Below the pieces are notes generated by a model. It searched no databases and was not told the DNA's origin. It saw only the letters and a program-made list of their open reading frames with translations. The position numbers were made by a program, and so were the translations under genes. 64,000 bases of DNA, from assembly GCA_050273025.1 (NCBI GenBank), contig CP158635.1:31000001-31064000 (forward strand). Direction: 5' to 3'. Shown one piece after another: positions 24,453 to 36,292 of this stretch (within the stretch, counting starts at the first letter, position 1; the number at the start of each line of letters is the position of its first letter). Origin of the DNA: Cenococcum geophilum. Its lineage: Eukaryota.

Positions 24453-27400
24453 CCCTTGCCTACCTTAAAAGTCCCCTAGAAACTCACTAAACCTACTAAA
24501 CCTACCGTAAAGCGTGGCCGAGGACGCCCCTAAAAGCACCCCGTAACTAAGAACCCCATAATAAAGAATTACCTAACCTCCGCAGGAATATCCGTAAGGC
24601 AATTTCCGCCTGCGGATATATTAGTTCTAGTATAGAAAACCCCGTTTACGGACTTATAACGTAAAGAGATTAACGGACTACTTAAAAAGGGTATCTTTAT
24701 GGTTATAACGGAGAGAGATATTCCGCAAGGCGTCCGTATATTTAACTTACGCTTTATTAACGAAATTAAGCACCCTAGTACTAATAAAGCGTTTAAAAAA
24801 TTAAGGCTTGTTATATAAGCCTATAACAACTAAGGAAAGAACTTAGTCCTTACGTAATTGCCTATAATTTAATAAGTTAGCCAACGGATTATACTTATAC
24901 TTATGCCCGGACTACAGTAAAGTAAACCCGTAGCTCTTTACCTACGGGACATCTCGCAAGCCTATATACAGTCTAATACCTACCTAAGTAGAGACATCTT
25001 TATACGGCCACCCCCTAAGCTTAACCTATAACTAGGAACAATTTTATAGGTTATAAAACCTCTATACAGAGTACCGGAAGCTAGAAACTATTAGTTTAAG
25101 ACATACCACTAGTACTACGTTAGTAAACTTAAAATAGAATAGTCGACCTATAACCCCTGCCTCCTATATAGCCTATTAAACGGTCTTAGTATTATTAGAC
25201 TCTAAATAGACGATACCCTATTCCTAGTAGACTAGACCTTTGTAGATGCTAAAGAAACTAAACTATAAAAGGCTAAGTTCTTAATAAAGCCGTAAGAGTA
25301 GTTAACTAAGCAGAATCCGATTAAGTTTAATAGAGGCCTAATTACATAAAAGGGCAACCTAATTAAGCTGACTTAGGAACGCCAAGCTTAAAACCTAAAG
25401 CCTGTTATAGTAAAGCCTACGGACCTTACTAGTTCCCGCGGAGAGACTTATAAAACCGTAAATACGAAGGACTAATACGCTGTATAGCGTATAAGGGGCG
25501 CCTATATTGCTATAGTCTGTCAACCTAAATCTACCTATAATTTATCCTTTGCGGCCCAGGCAACAGATCTATAAGAAGAAAATGTTAAGCAGCTTAATAA
25601 GCGTATTTAGTGGCAAATTGATAATGCAGCAAGAGGACTTACTTTTATACCACTAGACCTGAATTCCCTTAGCTTACTAGCATTTACGAACGCCTCCTTT
25701 ACCAATAATAAAGACCTATTATCATAAATTGGCTTTATAATTGTACTTATAGACCGCAATTAGGACGCAAATATACTGTATTAGTCTTTAATTAAGTATA
25801 AATGAGTAACCCGCAGTGTACTAGCTTCTAAACTATATGTATTAGCTTATGGCTTTAATATAGCAGCCGTAATCAAATTAACGGTCTAGAAGATTCTACA
25901 ACTAGAGCAGTTACCCCTGGTTTTATACACCGATTTAAAGTCCCTCTACGACTGCCTAGTTAAACTAGGTACGACATAAGAGAAGAGGCTTATAGTTAAC
26001 CTAATATGCTTACGTTAGGCCTACGAACGACGTGAAATTACGGAGGTTAAATAGATTAGCAGCGGAGATAACCTAGCAGACGCTATAACTAAGGAAAAGC
26101 CGTGTTAAGCTCTTAAAACCCTAATTAATACGAATAAGCTTAACCTAAAGGTTATAGAATGGGTAGAGCGAGACTAACGGAGCATTTACGGTTCAGTTAC
26201 GGCCCGTCGGAAGGCCGTATGGTGCATTTACGGCCCGTTAAAAGGCCGTACAGTTCATTTTACGGACCGTAAGCAGGACTTACGGCCAGCTTGGAGCACT
26301 ATTTAGAAGGCAACCCAGAAGGCACCTTGGGAGGGATTTCCTATGTATTTCCTTATGTGTTCTATAGTTCTATTAAGACAATTACGGAGGCTATACATAA
26401 GTGGTTTCATTTTCCAAGTACTGCTAGTGTATAATTATAGCACCTGCTGTACTAACCGCGTGCTTACGCGTTCGGTACACTAGGTACGCGTTTACGCGTT
26501 TAGTGTACTAACCACTTGCTTATGCGTCTGGTGCACCTATAAAGCACTAACTAATTAGGGGGGAGGTGCATTAGTATATAGACTACGTAGTCTGCTTTAT
26601 ATAATTAATAGTTACCACTATCCTAAAGAGCATATAATACTATACGTATTTCGTGCCCCGGGATATAACTCAATTGTATTATTAAATTGATACAAACAAA
26701 TATAATAACTTATACCTTTAATAAGTTAATAGCTTTCTCCTATACCGTATTATATTCTACTAAAGTAGATACTATACCGATTTATAGCTATAGGAATATT
26801 TTAGGGAGGATTTTATAGGATAGACCGCTAATACCTAGGCACTTAGTAATATTAATATTATTTAAGATTTTTAAGACTTCCTTTATAGGAACGGGGTATA
26901 TATTACTAAAAACGGTAACCTAATTACTAGTAATATTTAGGCCGTTATTATTAGTATAAAAGAACTAGTATAGACGGAAGCTAAAATTATATATTAACTA
27001 CGGAAACCTAAAACTAACCCATATTCTTTAAAAGGCAACTTTAATTTAAAATAAAAACCCTAGAACGCTACCCTCTTACCTAAAGGTACTTTCCTATCTA
27101 GAGGTACTCTTTTACCTAGAGGTACTCTTCCTCTACCTTTACTACCTCTAGCTCCTCTATTTTAGCTAATTAGTAAGCCTTTATTATAAAAAGTTACAAA
27201 TTTAATAAAGGTATATTCAGATAAAGAGAAGAAGTTTAGGGGAGAATTATATAATATACTTGGAGCAAAACTATAGGTCTTTTAGAACTGTTATAATAAA
27301 GTTAAAATTTAATACTACTAGTACTACTACGCTTTCTCTATTATATTAAAGGGATAGGTAGTAATATTTTATTACAACTATATTACGGGTAGAAACTATA

Positions 27401-28947
27401 GCTTTAATATAATACTTTAGCTTACTAAAGCCCACTTTAAGATTAATAAAAATTGCTAACTTTATATATCTAAATAGCAGGAGACTATATTCTAAAGAGT
27501 TATTGCTTTTAATTTAATAAAGACTTATTTAAAGTACCTTTAACTACTCTTTAATAAACTCTAGAAAATCTAATATGGCCTTACTAAAACTTATTAAAAT
27601 AAGAACAGCCTAAGGGACTAGGTTATCTTAGTATGCTATAGCATTCCTAAGTATAACTTAGCGCTATATAAACCTATAGATATATTTAAAGGAGTATATA
27701 CTAAGCTACGCTTTGCTATAGGTACTATAATATAAATATAAAAATCTTAATAGTTCTATACCGAAAACCCTACCTAACTAAGTATTCCCAACTAATATAA
27801 TTATAACTAGACTAATTAAATATATAGTAGCTGTAGTAGGAAATACAGAAGAGGGTATAATTAATATTAACTATAAGGTAATTATAAAGGTCCTTATAGA
27901 GGTTTATTTTAAAGTAATTACTAAAAAAAGTACTACGTTTATAAGAAGCTAAATTACTAGTTAATTAGACACTCTCTTAATAAGTAAAAGGAGGTATATA
28001 ATAAGTTCTATTAGAGTATAAAAAATATTAAAAAATATAAGGTTACTACGGCCTACTTTTAAAGCTTCCTAGTTTAATATAAAGGTATAAAAGATTTTAA
28101 GAGTAAGGTTAATAAGACTAAATAGCTCCTTATAGATATAGAAATTAAAATCTACTCTTCTAACCAATACTTTACTAAGTATAGTAAGGTAGATGGTATA
28201 TAAACTGTTACTATTCTTAATAACTAATCTACGCTCTATTCTATTATAAAGTTAAATATCTTTAATAAGCTAAAGAAGAGCTCCGCGTTCTCCTTTAATA
28301 ATAAATACTTAGTAAATATCTTCTATAGTATTATACTAGATATTAGAGCCGCAGGAGTATCTATAATAGGAGAACCTTAAGTTTAAGCCCTTTAATAGCT
28401 TAATAGCTCTGTTTAGATTAACTATTTAATAGTAGGCTAATATACAATTTGTTTTAGCAAGGGTACTATAACCTTTTTTTAGTACAATTAGGGTCCAAAC
28501 CCCCTTAGGGTACATTACCTTCCATATTATTCCTATAAATACTCCATTTTTATTTTATATTAAAGATATAAATAAATTAGGCGTTAGGCTTAATAACCTT
28601 AAGAATATACTTATTTAGGGAGATAATTAGGTACCCGTTATGCGCAAGTAGGGTTACCCCTAGTTACTCCTTTATTAACTAGAAAAGAGTATTACTTAAA
28701 GCTACTTAACTAAGTTGGAATTATGCTAACTACACCGTTATTTTAGCTACCTATCCATTTATTAATTGCTTAGGGTTCTTTAGTAAGTAGGCTATAAAGT
28801 TAAGGTTAAGGCAATTAAGTATCTTATAAAGTACTACTATTACTACTAAATAAACCAGAAGTCCCCTAGCCGATTTAAGTTTACCCTTAAAGATAACTAT
28901 AACTATAACTTCTGTATTATTATTAACGTTATATATCTTAGCGGTAA

Positions 28948-31040
28948 GCCTAGTAAATAGTGTTTATCTATAGCCGTATAAGGTTTTCTATTATAATACT
29001 AATCTCTTTTATAAAGGAAGGCGTTAGGGGTATAGTTTTGGGCTAGATAAACTGCCTATTTTATATATTAAGCTATAAGCTTAAATAGGCTAGCCATTTT
29101 CTCCCTAAGATTATATTATGGCTTCTAAGATCTATAATAAGGAAGGGGACGTTATACTATCTTTGTCTGTTAACGCGGAGGTAGATCTATAAAATAGTTA
29201 TAATAGGTAGCTCTATCCGTCCATTATACCCACGAATAGGGATTGGTTTAGGCAGTTCTCTAAAGGGTATATTTAAAAAGTTAGCTGGTTTTATAGCGCA
29301 CTTTATATTAATTAAGGTAAAGGTATTTACTTCTAAGTTAGCTAAAGTAGAGGTTAAAACTTAATATTTATTGCGGAATAAAGTATAAGGGATAGTATAG
29401 CTTCTTCTACTAATAAGCTAACTTAGATTAATATATAATATATTAATCCCTTTTAACCCTAGAGAGGAGTCTTCCTCTAAGGTTCCTCTTTTTCTAACTC
29501 CGTACTATCCTCCTAAATTAATAGGACCTTATTTATCTTTACCTTTATTAGGTAGTTCCTTATAGGGTAGCCTAGTTAACCGTATAAAAAGCAAGCTCCT
29601 TAATTGCTGAGGGCCTATATATAGGGGTCGCTATATATAGGCCGGGTGTATACTAGGCCCATAATAGGGGTAGCTACGCGGCTAGCTATTAGGTTAACTA
29701 TTAGCTAAGCGGCCGGTGCTATAGGGGCTGCTAATTATATTAGGGCACTATAGGCTGTTCTCGTAGTACTTACGGCCTGGTTTGTAAGGTTTTTAATTTT
29801 TAGCCAATTAACGCGTGCTTTAATGCGATAGAGGCCTTAGTTAATAGCTAGGCAATAGTCTATAAGTTCCTTTAACGTCTATATTATAGTATAAGCTAGT
29901 AATACGGCCCACTATAGGTCTAGGGTAAGCTTGTTAAAGAGGTCTAGTAATAGGTCTTCTTAGGGGATCTAGGCCTGTCCTACTAGGTATAAAAAGCGAG
30001 TTTAGAAAACTAAAAAGGTCTCCGTTATTTTTATATTTAGGCTTTTATAGCTAAGGCGGGCGTTTTATACTTTAAAAGGGTCTTTATAAATAGAAAATAA
30101 GTATTTAACTATTTCTTCTTTAAAGATAAAGGGGTTTATAAAGTCTTTAGTATATTACAGGCGTAAATACATCTAAGCGTCTCCGCCAGTACGGCCGAAG
30201 ACATAGGCCATTCTAGCTTAGGCGTTAGGGAAGTAGTCTACATTAACTTTAAGCTTATCCTATAATTAAAGCTTCTAATTATTAAATATAGGGTCGGTTC
30301 CGTTTATAAGTAGTAGGGGATCCGCGACCTTTACCGACTACTTTAGTGCTATATAGGCCTTAGTAGATCTACTAAGGCGCTAAGATAGGGCCTAAAGGAC
30401 TATAGCAAGTCTTTAGTTATCTAATAATAACTTATTATTAGATATAGGGGTATCTCTAGCTTTAAGCAGCTCTCGCAGTTATTTAATTTTGGTATTAGCC
30501 GCCATAAGCTCTACCTAGGGGGTTAAGACGTTAATTATTTCCTTATCTAAAGTATTTAAGGGTCCTACAGCTGCTTTACCTCCTATTATATTTTATAGTA
30601 TAGTGGTAGGGGTATTAGGTAATTCCGGGTAATTTCTTTAGAGGTTTTAGTCTATATATATCTTATAGGTCCTTTCCTTAGGGTTCTATTCTTTTCTTTT
30701 TAGTCCTGTCCTTATGGTTCTAGTAATATCCTTAGGGTCTTATTCTATGTTCTTGTCCTATTTATAGTCTTATAGGTATATTTAAGTTCCTTTTTAGGAA
30801 GAAAGAGTAGAGTAAGCTTTAGATAATATTAGCGACTTAGTTAATTAAGATATAAGTATAGCAAGAAGGACGTATGCAAACCTATATAATTGGATTGTCT
30901 ATAAACAAGAATCTAAAGCTAGAGAAAGGAAAGGAGAAGGAGAGCAGCGCCAGTTAAAGAAGGGTTCTTTTATACGGTCCTCTAGTTACGTAACTATAAA
31001 GTTCTGCTAAGTTCTGCCAAGTTCTGCCAGTGCTGTAATA
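28948..31040 (-). mobile_element. Gypsy-C copy 2, 5' part only (5' LTR, gag, protease)
   Basis: 5' LTR 30827-31040 (contains AAGTTCTGCC x3). The internal region is the reverse complement of Gypsy-C gag/PR (45585-47420; compare 63080-64000). Truncated at 28948. Confidence 0.9.
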
Positions 31041-32779
31041 ATAGGGGCACCCTTTATCTAGCTAGTAGTAAAGGAGAGTATAGGACGCCTATAAGGTAGT
31101 ACTAATACTACTAAAGGCCTACTCTAGTAAAGAATTCTAATTGTAATAGTCTTTAATAAGACGCCCTAAAGGCGAATAGAAGATACCTATAAGTTACTAA
31201 ACTAACTAATACTATAAAAAAGATTAATAATAGTATAATATAACTACGGATACTTAAACTATAAAGTAATATATCTTTTATTTAATAGCCTAGACCTAAA
31301 AGAGCATTAGAAAATGGCGTTATAGAAACCGGTATATAATAAATAACTACGCAAAATATACTAAATAAAAGGATACTACCTTTTATTTAAATTAAACCTA
31401 GCTACTTAGTTAATGCATTAATATATAAGTATAGAGCTACTATACTATTAGCCCTAATATAGGTAAACTATAAGAAGCTACTAATAGGGGCTAAATTAAC
31501 GTTTATAACCTAAGGGATAATAAACCCTAAATTGCTATATAAGGACTATTCTAATATACTATTAATATAGTAAAAGGCAAGGTAATAGTCCTAGGAAATT
31601 TTAACGTATACTATATAGTGTAGTAAGAGTAGTAGGCTATAGCTAAAGTATAGGCGACTTACCTACTAAGTAAGCTTAAAACGTAGGGTCTTACTTTAAC
31701 TACCTTAATAGGCAAGCCTACCTAGAAAGGAGGAACCTAAAAGAGTCTAATCGACTTTATATTTATATAAGAAATACTTATAAACTAACTAGCGCTTTAT
31801 GGACTAGAAGTTATATAGGTAATTATCTTAGACTATATACCTATACAGATAATACTTAATATCGCCGTACTAGTGTAACAAACTCGCTAGAGATACGCTA
31901 CTAAGAAATTTGACTTAAAAAAGTATACCTAGGAAGTTATTAATAGGCTAGTAGCTATACCCTAGGTATTACTAGAGGATATTTAAAGGATTATAAGTAA
32001 CTACTTAGAAGAATACTACTTAAAGGCCTAGCCTAGAAAATACGCCTACTATAAATAGTCGCTAGAGACGGCCTAGCTACTTATAGGCGTAAAAAGGGCA
32101 AGGCAATAGTATAGTATATTAAATAAAGCCTACTACTAATAGAGCTATAAGACCCTAAAGAATAGGCCTAAGAAGATAATATAAAAGGAGGGTAAAAATA
32201 ACTAGCGCTAATTCCTAAAATAAATTACCTTAAACCTTACTAAATTATATAATAAGAGACTTTAGTATAAATTAAAGTAAAATAGGCAAGCTGCTAGAAA
32301 GACGCTAGGTAACTTTTACCTACTTATACTTTACTAAATAGAATTGGACTAGTATATAAATAATAACAAGGAAAAATTAAAATATTAGTAGAGAGGTTTT
32401 TTCTAGGCTCGGGTTAAGTAGATCTATAGAATATTAGTAGCTAATTTTACCCCTTACCTATTAAAATAAGTTATATAATATTAGTAAAATAAATAAAAGA
32501 CGCTATATTAAAGCTCCCTACTAGTAAAGCATTAAGGCTAGATAAGACCCTAAATAAGGCAATTAAAGCCATAGTAGAAACGGTAGTAATACTACTCGCT
32601 AACGCCATAACTGCCTACCTTTAGAGAGGCGAACTACTTAAATACTTTAAAGCAATAACTATAGTCGTTTTATAAAAGGTATAAAAAAAGACTACTCTAT
32701 TTTAGAAACCTACTAACCCTAAAAAGGCCTTTAGAAAAGATAGTTATAGAATGTATATAAGAAGCAGCGGAAGTATAGG

Positions 32780-35700
32780 TGTTAGTTACACAAGGTAATA
32801 TTACGTAGCTACGGTTCGTAGATAGTATAATGGTTGTTCGTTATATTGATTATTCTAGGAAAGGGTAAGGAAGGAGGAGCTTAAGGCTCCTCGCTATACT
32901 AGTGCCGCGGTGTTATATAACGACCACGTGACCATATATAATATTATTCCCAATACTAGCAACTCTTCTTTTGTGGTTGCCATCTATATATAAAATACTG
33001 CTTAACTAGCGTACCAAATATCAATCCTCCTTACTTACTATTGCTATTGTAATATAAGTCTCGCTGTTTTAAAATTTGCCTCTTAACATATAGTGCTTTC
33101 TTGCTTAGGAGTCGTGGGTAGATACCGTGTTAGGGCCGCTAAGGCGCTAGTTATAAGCGAGCCAATGGCGATTTTCCATCCCGGGGATAGAAAATCCTAA
33201 TTGGCTGGTTAGAATTAGGGTCTGTAGAACGTCGTAGGTAGTACCCTAGTACCGTTATCTACCTTATTAAGCTCCATAAGAAGCTTCTGGCAATTCTTCT
33301 TTATACTTATAGCGCTGTAGAAAGGCAGTAAGGCAGTAAGGTATTAGTTTAGCTGTAGGCAAAGCAGTAAAGGTTAAAGATTAGCTGCAGGCGGGAGCAG
33401 TAAAATATCGGTAAGCTACGGGCAGAGCAGCAACGGTTAAATCGGAATCAGCTGTAAGTATGGCAGCGGTCTGTCCAGGTAGTAGTACGGTACCAGCGAC
33501 AGTAATAATAGTGGTTAAGCATAGAGCTTGTCTACTAGTTAGTTGGTTAATCGTAGGCGTATAGGCACGATTATTCGGTCGGTGGGTTGTAGGCATATAG
33601 GCGTAACAGTTATTAGATTTAGGTAGCAGTACGGTGCGAGCGTTAAATAGTGATAGTGGTTAAACATAGAGCTCGATCTATTAATTGGTCGTTAGATTGC
33701 AGGCGTATCGGCGCGATCGTTTGGTTAGTAGATCGCAGGCGTATTAGCGCGATTAGTATCGTAATAGCAGGCATAGCGGCGCTATCAGTTTGTTGATGGT
33801 ATGTGGCAGTATAGTGCTAGCGTAGGGTTGGTTCCGTAGGCAGATCGGCATGGAGTCTTATTATAGGCTTGTCGGGTCGCAGGGTATATTAATTATAACA
33901 GTTATCGGGTTTATAGCTGCCGCAGATACTAGCAGTTCTTTCTTTTATAGATTGCTTGTGTAACTATGTTAGTTTAACTACCCCCCCCCCCCTATATTAC
34001 TCTCTCTTTACCCATCCTTTACGGTACCCTCTATAAGAATTTCCTGTCTAGATTACGCTAGTAGCTACCTCTATAGCTACCTTAGGAACCGCGGAATCCT
34101 CCTCTATATTAGCTATAGCCATATCTATATCCTCTTCTTACTAGTGTTAATAGCTAAGTTATATATTAAATTGTGCCAATTCCTGGGAATAAGTTACTAT
34201 ATTAACTGTCGTTATATAGTGGTCCAGGTAGGTTTAGGATTTGATATTAGTACTAGCGCTGCTCTATATTTAATAGTTGCTATAGAGGTTATTACGGAGA
34301 TTGCTACAGAGGTTATTACGGAGATTGCTGTAGAGGTTCTTGCGGAGGTTGCTAGTAGGTTAGGATATTATTTACAGATCTAGCTTATTATGCCGATTAT
34401 TAGTAGAACGGAGCTTAATCTTAATTGTGGTAGCGGTAATCCGTAAAGAAGGTAATATACACTCTTTAACTATGGTGTTCCTTCTCCTATACAACAACTA
34501 AAAAGGTAATTCTATAGGCAGAAACTCCCTAATAAGCTATAAACAACTTATTATCTATATAGATCTTTATAATTATAGCCCCCTCCTTACTATATCTAGG
34601 TCCTTACTTAGGTCTTTACTCCACACTAAGCATGGCCAGTTTAGGTGGTATATGTATATATAGCTGCTGCGGTTACTATAGGGTAGCGGGGGCAGCAATT
34701 AGAGTAGCTAGCGGTGCAGCGATTGGGATAACTTGTAGTGCAGCAGTTAGAATAGCTGGTGGAATTAGCGGAGCAGCTAGTGGAATCGGCGGAGGTTCTT
34801 ATAGATATTACTACGGATATTACTGCGGACGTTGCTATAGATGTTATTATGGACGTTGCTAATAGGACGGAGCTTAAGGCACGGGTTAAGATACAGCAGC
34901 TTGAGGAATTTAAGGTGTTTAATAGCCTAAGGTTATCTATAGTGTTACTTATAGCTATCCGTTATTAGGATTCCCTTAAGAGTTAAACTTCTTTTAGTGC
35001 TTAATCTCTTATAGAGTCCATTTGTGTTCTTCTTTTACGTTAAAAACTTACTTCTAAATATTGTTTCTAATATTACCCCCATCTATAGGGACAAATACTC
35101 CTTTCTTCTAAAGGAAGTCTTAAAATCTTAAATAATATAAATATTACTAAGTGCCTACATGTTAGCAGTCCATCCTATAAAATCCTCCCTAAAATATTCC
35201 CACAGCTGTAAATTGGCGTAGTATCTACTTTAGTAAAATAGAATACGGTATAGGAGAAAGCCGTTAACTTGTTTTGCGGTATAAGTTATTATATTAATAG
35301 TAAATTCGTCCTAATTTTCGTTAATAAGTTTCGCGTACGTAGCTACCCCTAGTAATAAGGAGTCTTTCCAGTTGTTTAACGTGGCTATGGCCATATTTTC
35401 GGCTTACGGCTATATTATTAGGTGTTGTAATAGAGATTATAGAGTTATAGGAATTGTTGTTTAGTATGCGTTTATAATAAGAATCTGCGATTATAGGGCT
35501 TAGGACTAGTTCTGGCCTTAAATTACAAAAACTAGTAAAGCGTATTGTTCTGCGTGATAAACGCAAGAATCTATAATCTTAAAAAGGCTTAGGACTAGAT
35601 CTAGCCTTTAAATCCTTAGATTCGTGGAAGAGTTCTATTTAAGGTTTAGGACCAGTTCTAACCTTAAAAAACAGCTTCCTCTAGCATAAGTAGTACTAGT

Positions 35701-35949
35701 ACAGTGGCTTATCTCTTCTTAGTAGAATACCTAGCTATTCTGTAGTATAACAGTAAAGTTAACTACTAATTAGTGTTGGTTACATAAGGTAATATCACGT
35801 AGCTATGGTTCGTAGATAGTATACTAGTTGTTTATTATATTAATTGTTCTAGGAAAGAGTAAGGAAGGAGGAGCTTAAGGCTCCTCGCTACGCTAGTGCC
35901 GCGGCGTTATATAACGACTACGTAACCATATATAATATTATTCCCAATA
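32780..35949 (-). mobile_element. Non-autonomous LTR element with Copia-X-type LTRs (3170 bp, gag-only, no pol)
   Basis: 176-bp LTRs at 32780-32955 and 35774-35949. TSD ATAGG at 32775-32779 and 35950-35954. Leader and gag N-terminus are homologous to Copia-X, followed by ~1.7 kb of Pro/Gln/Ala-rich repetitive sequence and the Copia-X 3' UTR/PPT. Confidence 0.9.
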
Positions 35950-36292
35950 ATAGGAGCTATTACCGTAGATATAAATAGGCGTAAGAAAGAAAAAATTGAC
36001 TCTTTTAGCCCTCGCCCTAATTACCTCTAGTATTTAAGCGGTATAGTAAGCTTACCTAGGATATATTATAATTATATTAAGCCTAGACCTAAGCAGAATA
36101 TTTAATAATATATTATATAAGAGACTTTTATAGATCCTAAGAAATAAGGGCCTATTAAACTAGATAATTAAGTTTATCTAAGCCTTTCTAATAGGGCGTA
36201 CTATAAAAATTATAATTAAGGGCTATTAAAGCGAATTAATACTAATACCTATAGGTATCCTATAGAGATTACCCCTATTTCTAATTCTAATT

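Larger units (their letters stand above)
20439..26698 (+). mobile_element. Full-length Ty1/Copia element Copia-Y (6260 bp, GalEa-like)
   Basis: 271-bp LTRs at 20439-20709 and 26428-26698. TSD AATAT at 20434-20438 and 26699-26703. Knuckle CFVCGKEGCWSxRH ~22565, protease IDTGAS ~22977, order IN-RT-RH, RT GLQTDDTL ~25197, ORF ends WVERD* at 26177. Confidence 0.95.
19778..28950 (+). mobile_element. Ty1/Copia Copia-X copy 1, 3'-truncated in integrase, interrupted by Copia-Y
   Basis: 5' LTR 19778-19978. Segments 19979-20438 and 26704-28950 are colinear with copy 2 (36469-39197). It ends abruptly at a GCC microhomology with Gypsy-C copy 2. Confidence 0.9.

Noticed and set aside
31041..31045. ATAGG beside the Gypsy-C copy 2 LTR matching the pol-less element TSD
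   Set aside because: Coincidental 5-mer; the pol-less element already has its own matched pair.
33381..34968. Small ORFs within the pol-less element
   Set aside because: Mostly antisense or off-frame readings of low-complexity repeats.
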